This document shows, one piece after another, positions 1 through 9,701 of a DNA stretch of 64,000 bases. Where the stretch lies: positions 1,152,001 to 1,216,000 of the forward strand of contig CAWGHO010000001.1 in NCBI GenBank assembly GCA_963822445.1, given 5' to 3'. The DNA comes from an uncultured Acidobacteriota bacterium (lineage in GTDB: Bacteria; Acidobacteriota; Thermoanaerobaculia; Gp7-AA8). Each line of letters opens with the position of its first letter. The stretch's first letter is position 1. Position numbers and translations under genes: made by a program. The notes under the pieces were generated by a model that had not been told where the DNA came from, made no database searches, and saw nothing but the letters and a program-made list of their open reading frames with translations.

Positions 1-173
1 ATCCCGAGCTTCGCCTGCGTGTGGGCGAGGCGCACGTCGAAGAACTGTCGAAAGAACAGACCAGCGTGGAAGCCAGCGAAAAGCTGTTCGATGCCTTCCT
101 GGCCCGCTTGAACTTCATCGCCGCGCGGGGCGTCAAGACACCGGCCGCCGCGACCGCCGCCGCTTCCCGTTAG
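1..173 (+). CDS. 3' end of an unidentified CDS (partial)
   Basis: Open frame from the window edge (PELRLRVGEAHVEELSKEQ...AAASR) ending in TAG at 171-173; no recognisable motif. Confidence 0.5.
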   Translation, partial: PELRLRVGEAHVEELSKEQTSVEASEKLFDAFLARLNFIAARGVKTPAAATAAASR

Positions 174-184
174 GACGTCACCCC

Positions 185-213
185 TTGACGGACATGCTGT
201 AACAGCATAACTT
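185..213 (+). promoter_or_regulatory. Sigma70-like promoter with palindromic operator, upstream of array copy 1
   Basis: TTGACG (185-190), 17 bp spacer, TAACTT (208-213); perfect palindrome ATGCTG-TAA-CAGCAT at 194-208; ATG at 221 suggests a leaderless mRNA. Confidence 0.7.
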
Positions 214-220
214 ACCGTTC

Positions 221-1615
221 ATGCAGAACGGAACGGCGCGAGTTGCATGCCTTTACGGCATATTGATTCTCTTCGCCCTCGAGTCCCACGCGGCCGGCCC
301 TTTCCGCATCGGCGGCCCGGCCACCATCGATAACGACGCCAGCTGCGACATCTCCCTCCTTCCCGCTGCCACGCTGCTCCTCCCCTACTTCGAGGTCGAC
401 ATCAACTCCTGGGCCGGAACCGGCGAGAACACCATCTTCACGATCACCAACACCGGCCAGCTCCCGCAGGTCGCGCGCGTCACGCTCTGGACCGATCTCT
501 CCTATCCGGTCATCTCCTTCAACATCTACCTGACCGGATACGACGTACAGAGCATCAACCTCTACGACGTCATCGCTCGCGGTGAGATCGCTCCCGACGA
601 CGGCACCGGCGCTGATGTGTCGCCGGTCGGCGAGCTGTCCGGCACCAGTGCCACAAAGGAATTCAACAATCCGCTCGTCGATGAGCTGACCTGCACCGAT
701 TTGGTGGTGCAGATGGCCCCGCCGTACGTCACGCGCATGAAAAGCGCCTTCACCACCGGCAAGGTGCTGACCGCCGGCGAGCTCGGGGCCTGCGCTCAAG
801 GCGGTTCGGCCCATTCGAACGCGGTCGGATACGCAACCGTCGACGTCGTCGGCCGGTGCGGCATCACGATGCCGAACGATCCCGTGTACTTCGCGAACGA
901 CATCCGTTTCGACAACGTGCTCATGGGCGACTTCCACCAGATCAACGGCAACGAAGACTTCGCCCAGGGCGGGACGATGGTGCACATCCGAGCCATCCCC
1001 GAGGGGGGGACGCCGCAGACGCGGGATGACGATCGAGACTTCGAAGTGCACGTCCCCCGGACGTTCTACAGCGCCTATCAGGATCCCGCCCGGCCCACGC
1101 TCGATGCGCGACAACCCCTGCCGTCGCTGTTCGCGGCCCGGTGGATCAGCGGCGGTCCGAGCGGTTTCGAGACCGATTACAAGATCTGGCGCGAGGTCGG
1201 CCGCGAGCCCGACTCCTGCCGCGCGCATGCGTCCAACACCCAGGAGTTCCGGGAAATCGTCCGCTTCGATGAAGAGGAGAATGCCGAGGTCTTTCGATAC
1301 GAGTGCGTCGTGACGTGTCCGGCGTACGTGAGCAGCCTTCCGGCGACGTCGCGGGTCAGTGTCGCGCATGACTCCGACCTGCCCCAGAGCTCCCAGGGCG
1401 TCGTCAGCGGCTGGATGTACCTGAACCTCGACGATCGCGTGCGCGACGACATCGCCAGACAGGCCTGGGTGGTCGTCTCCATGCGCGCCGATGACCGCTT
1501 CTCCACCGACTTCGACGCCCTGGCCCTCGGCAACGGCTGCACGGCCCCTCTCGGGACGAGCGAAGCGAATCACGGCGACTTTCACATCGGTCCGGCGCGC
1601 AACAAGAGGAACTGA
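221..1615 (+). CDS. Secreted paralog family protein, copy 1 (function unknown)
   Basis: 464 aa; signal-peptide-like N-terminus; family motifs NDASCDISLLPAATLLLPYFEVD, RFDEEEN, GWMYLNLD, ALGNGC. Confidence 0.9.
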   Translation: MQNGTARVACLYGILILFALESHAAGPFRIGGPATIDNDASCDISLLPAATLLLPYFEVDINSWAGTGENTIFTITNTGQLPQVARVTLWTDLSYPVISFNIYLTGYDVQSINLYDVIARGEIAPDDGTGADVSPVGELSGTSATKEFNNPLVDELTCTDLVVQMAPPYVTRMKSAFTTGKVLTAGELGACAQGGSAHSNAVGYATVDVVGRCGITMPNDPVYFANDIRFDNVLMGDFHQINGNEDFAQGGTMVHIRAIPEGGTPQTRDDDRDFEVHVPRTFYSAYQDPARPTLDARQPLPSLFAARWISGGPSGFETDYKIWREVGREPDSCRAHASNTQEFREIVRFDEEENAEVFRYECVVTCPAYVSSLPATSRVSVAHDSDLPQSSQGVVSGWMYLNLDDRVRDDIARQAWVVVSMRADDRFSTDFDALALGNGCTAPLGTSEANHGDFHIGPARNKRN

Positions 1616-2967
1616 TGCGCCGCGCGCTGGCAGCGATCGTCCTCTTCACCTCGATCGGTGCCGCGGCATCGACGATCGACAACGACGACAGTTGCGACAT
1701 CTCCCTGCTTCCCGCGGCGACGCTCCTTCTCCCCTATTTCGAGGTGGACATCGAGCCTGCCTACGGCACTACAGACACCACCATCTTCACGGTCACCAAC
1801 GTCAGCCAGTTTCCGCAGATCGCGCGGGTGACGCTCTGGACCGATCTCGCTTATCCCGTCTTCACGTTCAACCTTTATCTGACGGGTTACGACGTGCAGA
1901 GCATCAACCTCTTCGACGTCATCGCCCACGGCAAGGTCGCGCCCGACGACGGCACCGGCGTTGATGTCTCGCCGATCGGCCGGCTCTCCCGCGCAAACGC
2001 GAACCATCCCGCCTACGACAATCCGATCATCGACGAGCAATCGTGTGCCGGCCTGCCCGTCGAGTTGAACGCGGCCATGGTCGCGCGGATGCGGAGCGCG
2101 TTCACGACCGGCAGGGCCTCGGGCGCGAACGCGATGGCCGCGTGCAACACCGCGGGTGAAGTCCACATCAACGCCGCCGGCTACGTGACCATCGACGTGG
2201 TCGGACGCTGCGGCAGCACGATGCCCAACGACCCGGCCTACTACGCCGGCGACATCCGCTTCGACAACGTGTTGATCGGCGATTACCACCAGATCAGGAG
2301 TAGAGAGGATTTCGCCCAGGGCGGGACGATGGTGCACATCCGGGCCATCCCGGAGGGGGGAACGCCTGAGACGCGGGCCGGCGATTCGGACTATCGGGTG
2401 AATCTGCCGCGGACCTTCTACAGCGCGTACCAGGATCCGGCGCGGCCGCTCTTCGACGCTCGCCAGCCGCTTCCCTCGCTTTTCGCTGCGCGCTGGATTG
2501 AAGGGTTCGTCGGCGGTTTCGAGACTTTCTACAAGGTCTGGCGTGAGTCGCGGAACCCGGCCGCATGCCGCGATTACAACATCAACCGCCAGGAGGTGCG
2601 AGACCCGGTCCGCTTCGACGAGGAAGAAAACCCGGAGGCCTACGAGCACTTCTGCTTAGTCCCATGTTTACCGCCCATCTCGCGGATGTCCTCGAGCTCG
2701 CTCATCGGAACTGACCGCGACGACCATCTGCCGGCCAACGCGCAGGGCGCCGTCGCCGGCTGGATGTACCTGAACCTCGACGATCGTCAGAACGACGACG
2801 TCGCCAGGCAGGCCTGGGTGGTCGTCTCCATGCGCGCCGAGGATCGCTTTTCCACCGATTTCGATGCGCTCGCTCTCGGCAACGGCTGCTCTGCCCCGGT
2901 AGGAAGGAGCGAAGCGAATCCCTACGGCACCGTTTCCATCGGCCCCGCGCCGAACAAGAGGAAGTGA
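1615..2967 (+). CDS. Secreted paralog family protein, copy 2
   Basis: 450 aa; TGATG overlap with copy 1; signal peptide MRRALAAIVLF...; same motifs. Confidence 0.9.
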   Translation: MRRALAAIVLFTSIGAAASTIDNDDSCDISLLPAATLLLPYFEVDIEPAYGTTDTTIFTVTNVSQFPQIARVTLWTDLAYPVFTFNLYLTGYDVQSINLFDVIAHGKVAPDDGTGVDVSPIGRLSRANANHPAYDNPIIDEQSCAGLPVELNAAMVARMRSAFTTGRASGANAMAACNTAGEVHINAAGYVTIDVVGRCGSTMPNDPAYYAGDIRFDNVLIGDYHQIRSREDFAQGGTMVHIRAIPEGGTPETRAGDSDYRVNLPRTFYSAYQDPARPLFDARQPLPSLFAARWIEGFVGGFETFYKVWRESRNPAACRDYNINRQEVRDPVRFDEEENPEAYEHFCLVPCLPPISRMSSSSLIGTDRDDHLPANAQGAVAGWMYLNLDDRQNDDVARQAWVVVSMRAEDRFSTDFDALALGNGCSAPVGRSEANPYGTVSIGPAPNKRK

Positions 2968-4346
2968 TGCACCACAAATCGACGATCGTCGCCCTGCTCC
3001 TGTTCGCGTTCGCGCGCATCGCCTTCGCCGACGGTCCGTTCCGCGTCGGTGGTCCGGCCACCATCGACAACGACGCCAGCTGCGACATCTCCCTGCTCCC
3101 GGCGGCCACACTGCTCCTGCCGTATTTCGAAGTCGACCTCAACTCGCGTGCCGAGAGAGCTGAGACCACGATCTTCACCATCACCAATACCAGCCAGGTC
3201 CCGCAGATCGCGCGGGTCACGCTGTGGACGGATCTCGCCTATCCCGTCATCACCTTCAACATCTATCTGACCGGCTATGACGTGCAGAGCATCAATCTCT
3301 ACGACGTCATCCGCCGTGGCGAAGTCGCGCCGGATGACGGCACGGGTTTCGACCGCTCGCCGGTGGGAGAGTTGTCAGGAACGACTCCGACCACTGACTT
3401 TGACAACCCGCTCATCGACGAGCAAACCTGTGTGAATCTGCCGGTCAAGCTGCCGGCCGCTCTCACGACGCGGATGCAGAGCGCCTTCACTACCGGCCGG
3501 GTGACCGGCGCCGACGGTTTGTCCGCGTGCGCGACCGCCGGCGGAACGCATCCGACCGCCGTCGGCTACGCGACGATCGACGTCGTCGGCCGGTGCGACA
3601 GCACCATGCCCAGCAGTCTCGCCTACTTCGCCAGCGACATCCGCTACGAAAACGTGCTGATGGGCGATTACCACCAGATCAACGGCGACGAGGACTTCGC
3701 CCAGGGCGGCACGATGGTCCACATCCGGGCGATTCCGGAGGGCGGCACGCCGCAGACGCGCGACGAGGCACCCGAGTTTCGAGTGAACCTGCCGCGTACG
3801 TTCTACGGCCGGTATCAGCATCCCGACCGGCCCAAACTCGACGCGCGACAGCCGCTGCCGTCGCTCTTCGCGGCACGGTGGATCGAAGGCGGCGCGGGTG
3901 GCTTCGAGACCTTCTACAAGGTCTGGCGGGAGTCGCGGAACCCGGCCGCATGCGGCAACTACAAAGCAAACGACCAGGTCGTGCGGGATGGCGTCCGCTT
4001 CGACGAGGAAGAAAACCCAATGACTTATGACCGCTATTGCTACATCACGTGTCCTTGGTGGGTCCCGCGGATGCCATCCGCGTCGCTGGTCGACGTATCC
4101 CGGGACGACGATCTGCCTACGAACACACAGGGCGCCGTCGCCGGCTGGATGTACCTCAACCTCGATGGTGAGGACGACGAGATCGCCGGACAGGCCTGGG
4201 TGGTCGTCTCCATGCGCTCCGAGGATCGCTTCTCCACGGACTTCGATGCGCTCGCTCTCGGGAACGGTTGCTCCGCGCCGGCGGGCCTGAGCGAAGCGGA
4301 CTACGGCGACTTTCCCATCGGCCCGGCGCCGAACAGGAGGAAGTGA
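2967..4346 (+). CDS. Secreted paralog family protein, copy 3
   Basis: ATG at 2967 overlaps the TGA of copy 2; signal peptide MHHKSTIVALLLFAF; same motifs. Confidence 0.9.
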   Translation: MHHKSTIVALLLFAFARIAFADGPFRVGGPATIDNDASCDISLLPAATLLLPYFEVDLNSRAERAETTIFTITNTSQVPQIARVTLWTDLAYPVITFNIYLTGYDVQSINLYDVIRRGEVAPDDGTGFDRSPVGELSGTTPTTDFDNPLIDEQTCVNLPVKLPAALTTRMQSAFTTGRVTGADGLSACATAGGTHPTAVGYATIDVVGRCDSTMPSSLAYFASDIRYENVLMGDYHQINGDEDFAQGGTMVHIRAIPEGGTPQTRDEAPEFRVNLPRTFYGRYQHPDRPKLDARQPLPSLFAARWIEGGAGGFETFYKVWRESRNPAACGNYKANDQVVRDGVRFDEEENPMTYDRYCYITCPWWVPRMPSASLVDVSRDDDLPTNTQGAVAGWMYLNLDGEDDEIAGQAWVVVSMRSEDRFSTDFDALALGNGCSAPAGLSEADYGDFPIGPAPNRRK

Positions 4347-5731
4347 TGCACCACAAATCGACGATCGTCGCCCTGCTCCTGTTCGCGTTCGCGCGCATCG
4401 CCTTCGCGGACGGTCCGTTCCGCGTTGGCGGTCCGGCCACCATCGATAACGACGCCAGCTGCGACATCTCCCTCCTGCCTGCGGCCACGCTCCTGCTGCC
4501 GTACTTCGAAGTCGACATCACCTCTGCCGCCGGCACGGGCGAGACCACGATCTTCACGATCACCAATGTCAGCCAGGTCCCCCAGATCGCGCGGGTCACG
4601 CTGTGGACCGATCTCGCCTATCCGGTCTTCACCTTCAACATCTACCTGACCGGCTATGACGTGCAGAGCATCAATCTCTACGACGTCATCCGCCGTGGCG
4701 AAGTCGCGCCGGATGACGGCACCGGTTTCGACCGCTCGCCGGTGGGAGAGTTGTCCGGAACGACAGCGACCACGGACTTCGACAACCCGCTCATCGACGA
4801 GGGAACCTGTGTGAATCTGCCGGTCAAACTGCCGGCCGCTCTCACAACCCGGATGCAGAGCGCCTTCACCACCGGCCGCGTGACGGGCGTCGACGGTTTG
4901 TCCGCGTGCTCGACCGCCGGCGGAACGCATCACAACGCCGTTGGTTACGCGACGATCGACGTCGTCGGCCGGTGCGACAGCACCATGCCCAGCAGCCTCG
5001 CCTACTTCGCCAGCGACATCCGCTACGAGAACGTGCTCATGGGCGATTACCACCAGATCAACGGCGACGAGGACTTCGCCCAGGGCGGCACGATGGTCCA
5101 CATCCGCGCCATTCCGGAGGGGGGCACGCCGCAGACACGCGATGACGAACCGGCGTACCGGGTCAACCTGCCGCGCACGTTTTACGGGGCGTATCAGCAT
5201 CCCGACCGCCCCACGCTCGACGCGCGTCAGCCGCTGCCGTCTCTTTTCGCAGCCCGCTGGGTCAGCGGCGGCGCCTCGGGATTCGAGACCTACTTCAAGA
5301 TCTGGCGCGAGGGACGCGGCAGACTCGAGTCCTGTGCGGCTTACAAGACGAACGCGTTCGCCGCCCAGGATTCAGTGCGGTTTGACGAGGAGGAGAATCC
5401 AGAGGCGTCGAATAACTACTGCTTTCCGCCGTACTACTGCTTTGTCCCGCTATTCAATCCGACTTCGCTCATCGATAGCGAGAGCGACGACTTCCCGCCG
5501 AATACCCAGGGCGCCATCGGCGGCTGGATGTATCTGAACCTCGACGATCATCAAGTCGACGGCGACGCCCGCCAGGCCTGGGTGGTCATCTCCATGCGCG
5601 CCGAGGATCGCTTCTCCACCGACTTCGATGCTCTTGCTCTCGGGAACGGCTGCTCAGCGCCGGTGGGCATCAGCGAAGCGAAAGGCGGCGACCTTCCCAT
5701 CGGCCCGGCGCCGAACAAGAGGCAGCCATGA
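4346..5731 (+). CDS. Secreted paralog family protein, copy 4
   Basis: ATG at 4346 (TGATG) after AGGAGG; N-terminal two-thirds nearly identical to copy 3. Confidence 0.9.
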   Translation: MHHKSTIVALLLFAFARIAFADGPFRVGGPATIDNDASCDISLLPAATLLLPYFEVDITSAAGTGETTIFTITNVSQVPQIARVTLWTDLAYPVFTFNIYLTGYDVQSINLYDVIRRGEVAPDDGTGFDRSPVGELSGTTATTDFDNPLIDEGTCVNLPVKLPAALTTRMQSAFTTGRVTGVDGLSACSTAGGTHHNAVGYATIDVVGRCDSTMPSSLAYFASDIRYENVLMGDYHQINGDEDFAQGGTMVHIRAIPEGGTPQTRDDEPAYRVNLPRTFYGAYQHPDRPTLDARQPLPSLFAARWVSGGASGFETYFKIWREGRGRLESCAAYKTNAFAAQDSVRFDEEENPEASNNYCFPPYYCFVPLFNPTSLIDSESDDFPPNTQGAIGGWMYLNLDDHQVDGDARQAWVVISMRAEDRFSTDFDALALGNGCSAPVGISEAKGGDLPIGPAPNKRQP

Positions 5732-6954
5732 GAATGGCGCTCGCTGCCATGTTCCTGCTCGCGATCGGAGCCACCGCGCAGCCGGTGACGAACAACGACG
5801 CCAGTTGCGACATCTCCGTCGCCCCGGCGGCCACGTTGCTGCTGCTCCTCTTCGAGGTGAATCTCACCGCTCCCGCGGGGACCGGCGAGACGACGATCTT
5901 CACGGTCACGAACACAGGGAAATCGCCGCAGATCGCGCGGGTCACGTTGTGGACTGACCTCGCCTACCCGGTCTTCACCTTCAACATCCCGCTCGCCGGT
6001 TACGAGGCGCAGAGCATCAACCTCTTCGACGTCCTCGGTCGTGGCGAGATTCGCGGCCGCGCAGGTTCCTGCGCGAATTTCACCCCGCGGCTGGATCCAC
6101 CGGTTCGCACCCGGATGCAGCGGGCGTTCACCAGGGGCACAGTCAACGGCCTTCCGCCTTTGCCCGACTGCCCCGCCGTTGGCGCGCGGCACGCCAATGC
6201 CATCGGGTACGCGACGATCGACGTCGTCGGTGATTGCGACTCGTCGATGCCCACCGATCGTGAGTACTTCTCCAACGACATCCGCTTCGACAACGTTCTC
6301 CTCGGCGACTACCAGCAGATCAACGGCGACGAGGATTTCGCGCAGGGAACACCGATGGTGCACATCCGGGCCATTCCGGAAGTGATGGCGCCGCGCACGT
6401 TTTACGGGCTGTATCAGCACCCCGCCCGTCCGTCGTTCGACGCGCGGCAGCCACTGCCCTCTTTGTTCGCGGCGAGGTGGATCGACGGGCCGGGCGTGGA
6501 GACGCACTACAAGATCTGGCGCGAGTCTCTCGACGACTTCCTCGCATGTGCCGGCTATGCGCAAAACTTCCGGCCGGTCAGGGAAGTGGTTCGCTTCGAT
6601 GAAGACGAGAACGTCGAGACCACCGCATCGGACTATCTTTTCCTCGGCCCCTCCACCGATGTCTCCCTCCGGGCGACGTCCGTGGTCGACGCCGCGGCCC
6701 ATCACAACTTCCCCGATAACAGCGACGGAGCCGTCGGAGGGTGGATGTACTTCAACCTCGACGGCCTCAATCGGGTTACGCCCCATCCTTCCCAGGGCTG
6801 GGTGACGATCTCCATGCGCGCGCAAAACCGGTTCTCCATCGACTTTGACGCGGCGTATCTCGGCAACGGATGCAGCGCGCCGGTGGACATCAGCGAGGCC
6901 ACCGCCTGGGGAGGGCCTCCCATCGGCCCGGCGCCGAACAAGAGGCAGCATTGA
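5728..6954 (+). CDS. Secreted paralog family protein, copy 5 (shorter, lacks two loops)
   Basis: 408 aa; ATGA overlap; same motifs; lacks the APDDGTG...DNP and GGT...N insertions. Confidence 0.9.
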   Translation: MRMALAAMFLLAIGATAQPVTNNDASCDISVAPAATLLLLLFEVNLTAPAGTGETTIFTVTNTGKSPQIARVTLWTDLAYPVFTFNIPLAGYEAQSINLFDVLGRGEIRGRAGSCANFTPRLDPPVRTRMQRAFTRGTVNGLPPLPDCPAVGARHANAIGYATIDVVGDCDSSMPTDREYFSNDIRFDNVLLGDYQQINGDEDFAQGTPMVHIRAIPEVMAPRTFYGLYQHPARPSFDARQPLPSLFAARWIDGPGVETHYKIWRESLDDFLACAGYAQNFRPVREVVRFDEDENVETTASDYLFLGPSTDVSLRATSVVDAAAHHNFPDNSDGAVGGWMYFNLDGLNRVTPHPSQGWVTISMRAQNRFSIDFDAAYLGNGCSAPVDISEATAWGGPPIGPAPNKRQH

Positions 6955-8216
6955 AGCCGGCGCTCGCCGCCGTGATGCTGCTTGCCTTCGCGGCCACCGC
7001 CCAACCCGTGACGAACAACGACGCCAGTTGCGACATCTCCGTCGCCCCGGCGGCCACGTTGCTGCTGCCCTTTTTCGAAGTAAATCTCACCGTTCCCGCC
7101 GGGACCGGCGAGACGACGATCTTCACCGTCACGAACACAGGGAAATCGCCGCAGATCGCGCGGGTAACGCTATGGACCGACCTGGCCTACCCGGTCTTTA
7201 CCTTCAACATTCCTCTCGCCGGTTACGAGGCGCAGAGCATCAACCTCTTCGATGTCCTCGGTCGTGGCGCGATTCGCGGCGGCTCGGAATCATGCGGAGG
7301 TTCCCTGCGACGGTTGGATCCACCGGTCCTCGCCCGGATGCAGCGGGCGTTCACCACGGGCAAAGTCAACGGCCTTCCGTCTTTACCCGACTGTCCCTTC
7401 GTCGGTATGCGGCACGCAAATGCCATCGGGTACGCGACCATCGACGTCGTCGGTGATTGCGACTCGTCGTTGCCCACCGACGGCGACTACTTCTCGAACG
7501 ACATCCGCTTCGACAACGTGCTCCTCGGCGACTACCAGCAGGTCAAGGGCGACGAAGATTTCGCGCAGGGCGGAACGATGGTGCATATCCGCGCGATCCC
7601 CGAGGGAGGTACCGTGCAAAGCCGCGCCGGCGATCCCAGATTCGCGGTGAATGCACCGCGCACCTTTTACAACGTCTACCAGCATCCCGCCCGTCCGCGG
7701 TTCGACGCCCGTCAAGCCTTGCCCTCGCTGTTCGCGGCGAGGTGGATCGAAGGAGACCGGAGCGGTTTCGAAACGCACTACAAGATCTGGCGCGAGTCTC
7801 GTGACAACCACATCTCCTGCGTGGCTTATGCGCGGAACTACAGGCCGGTCCTGGAAACGGTGCGCTTCGATGAAGAGGAAAACTTCGAAACGATGGCACC
7901 TGAGATCCTCGTCCCCGGCGCCCCCTATGAGCTCTACCTTCCCGCGGCGTCCATCACGGACATCGCGGCGAACAAAGACTTCCCACTCAACACCATGGGG
8001 GCGATCGCCGGGTGGATGTATCTCAACCTCGACGACCTGGATCGCGACAGCCATGCCTCCCAGGGCTGGGTTTCCGTCTCCATGCGCGCGGAGGATCGAT
8101 ACTCCACGGACATGGACGCGGCGTATCTCGGCAATGGCTGCAGCGCACCGGTGGATACCAGCGAGGCGACTCTCTGGGGGCCAGCCATCGGGCCGGCGCC
8201 GAACACCCGTAAGTAA
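6951..8216 (+). CDS. Secreted paralog family protein, copy 6
   Basis: Probable TTG start at 6951 overlapping the copy 5 stop (MKPALAAVMLLAFAATAQP); N-terminal half close to copy 5. Confidence 0.88.
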   Translation: MKPALAAVMLLAFAATAQPVTNNDASCDISVAPAATLLLPFFEVNLTVPAGTGETTIFTVTNTGKSPQIARVTLWTDLAYPVFTFNIPLAGYEAQSINLFDVLGRGAIRGGSESCGGSLRRLDPPVLARMQRAFTTGKVNGLPSLPDCPFVGMRHANAIGYATIDVVGDCDSSLPTDGDYFSNDIRFDNVLLGDYQQVKGDEDFAQGGTMVHIRAIPEGGTVQSRAGDPRFAVNAPRTFYNVYQHPARPRFDARQALPSLFAARWIEGDRSGFETHYKIWRESRDNHISCVAYARNYRPVLETVRFDEEENFETMAPEILVPGAPYELYLPAASITDIAANKDFPLNTMGAIAGWMYLNLDDLDRDSHASQGWVSVSMRAEDRYSTDMDAAYLGNGCSAPVDTSEATLWGPAIGPAPNTRK

Positions 8217-8235
8217 CAATTTCGAAAAACCGCCC

Positions 8236-8265
8236 TTGACTGTGATGCTGTAGCAGCATTAAGTT
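8236..8265 (+). promoter_or_regulatory. Sigma70-like promoter with the same operator, upstream of copy 7
   Basis: TTGACT (8236-8241), ATGCTG-TAG-CAGCAT (8245-8259), TAAGTT (8260-8265). Confidence 0.7.
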
Positions 8266-8369
8266 ATTGCCGACATGGGCTTCCTCGGCGTACCGACCAG
8301 CCTCAACCATCTCTCAGCGCCTTCCATCAGCACGCGTAAATCCTTCAAAAGGAATGGGATCACAGCATA

Positions 8370-9701
8370 ATGCGAATACGCTCCCTGCTTCTTTCCATCA
8401 CGCTGTTGCTTCTCGCCATCTCCGTTCACGCCGCCACCTTTCCAGCCGGTGCGCCCAGCACCACCAGCAACGACGACAGTTGCGACATCGGCGTCTTTCC
8501 CGCGGCCACGTTGCTCCTGCCCTACTTCGAGGTGGACCTCGGGTCAGCGGCCGGACAATCGACCACCGTCTTCAGCATCACCAACACGGGCAGGCTTCCC
8601 CAGGCCGTACGGGTCACGCTCTGGACCGACTACGGCTATCCGGCCTTCACCTTCCCGGTCTATCTCACCGGTTACGACCAGCAGGTGATCAATCTCTTCG
8701 ATGTCATCGCCCGAGGGGCGATCGCGCCCGAAGACGGAACGGGGTCGGATGTTTCCCCCCTCGGCGAGCTTTCGCGAAACGCGGAAGGAGAGGTGCTGGA
8801 CAACCCCGGCCTGAACGAAGCCAGTTGCCGCAGTCTCGCCGTCAACCTGCCGTCGATCTTCGTCCAGCGGATTCGCCAGGCTTTCACCCTCGGCCGCATC
8901 CCTTCGACAGTCATCGACGGGGGCTGCGAAAACATCGGCGGCGCGCACGCGAAAGCAGTGGGCTACGCGACGATCGACGTCGTCGGTTCATGCGACTTCA
9001 CCCTGCCGACGCAACCCTCGTATTTCACGAGCCACATCCGCTACGACAACGTCCTGACCGGCGATTACCAGCAGATCGACGGCGCCAACGATTTCGCGCA
9101 GGGCGGCCCGCTCGTGCACATCCGGGCGATCAGCGGCGGCTCCAGCAGCCGTCCGCAAGCGCCTCCGTTTCCGCGCACGTTCTACGGCCACCTCCAGCCC
9201 GCTGCGAGCCGCACCGCCGATCGGCGGCAGCCGCTTCCCTCGAGGTTCGCGGCTCGCTGGATCGAAGGCAGCGGCGCGTCCTTCGAGACCTTCTACAAGA
9301 TCTGGCGCGGAGTCGACACCGCCGCGACCGCGACCTGTGCGCAGTACGCCGCCAACGGGCAGATGCCGGTGATGGACATCATTCGATTCGACGAGGAAGA
9401 GAATCTGGAGACGCTGGAAGATCCCCCACTCAGCAATCCACCAAGCCAGAAGGATCCCCGTTTTCCGGCGACGTCACTGCTCAACGTCCGGCAGAGTGAG
9501 TCGCTGCCGGACAACACACAGGGCGCGGTCGGCGGATGGATGTACTTCAATCTCCACAATCGGGGCGAGGGACCAGCCGCTCAGGCCTGGGTGACCGCCT
9601 CGATGCGATCGGAAGGACGCTTCTCGGTGGACACCGACGCCATCAGCCTCGGCAACGGCTGTACGCCCGCGAACACGCAGACGACAGGAGGCCGGCCGTG
9701 A
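8370..9701 (+). CDS. Secreted paralog family protein, copy 7
   Basis: 443 aa; signal peptide; NDDSCDIGVFPAATLLLPYFEVD...LGNGC. Confidence 0.9.
   Translation: MRIRSLLLSITLLLLAISVHAATFPAGAPSTTSNDDSCDIGVFPAATLLLPYFEVDLGSAAGQSTTVFSITNTGRLPQAVRVTLWTDYGYPAFTFPVYLTGYDQQVINLFDVIARGAIAPEDGTGSDVSPLGELSRNAEGEVLDNPGLNEASCRSLAVNLPSIFVQRIRQAFTLGRIPSTVIDGGCENIGGAHAKAVGYATIDVVGSCDFTLPTQPSYFTSHIRYDNVLTGDYQQIDGANDFAQGGPLVHIRAISGGSSSRPQAPPFPRTFYGHLQPAASRTADRRQPLPSRFAARWIEGSGASFETFYKIWRGVDTAATATCAQYAANGQMPVMDIIRFDEEENLETLEDPPLSNPPSQKDPRFPATSLLNVRQSESLPDNTQGAVGGWMYFNLHNRGEGPAAQAWVTASMRSEGRFSVDTDAISLGNGCTPANTQTTGGRP

Noticed and set aside
1590-6954. Basic C-terminal tail (NKRK, NRRK, NKRQ) of the paralogs as a sorting signal
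   Set aside because: These codons carry the AAGAGG/AGGAGG ribosome-binding site for the next coupled gene, and the last copy ends NIQP; more simply explained by translational coupling
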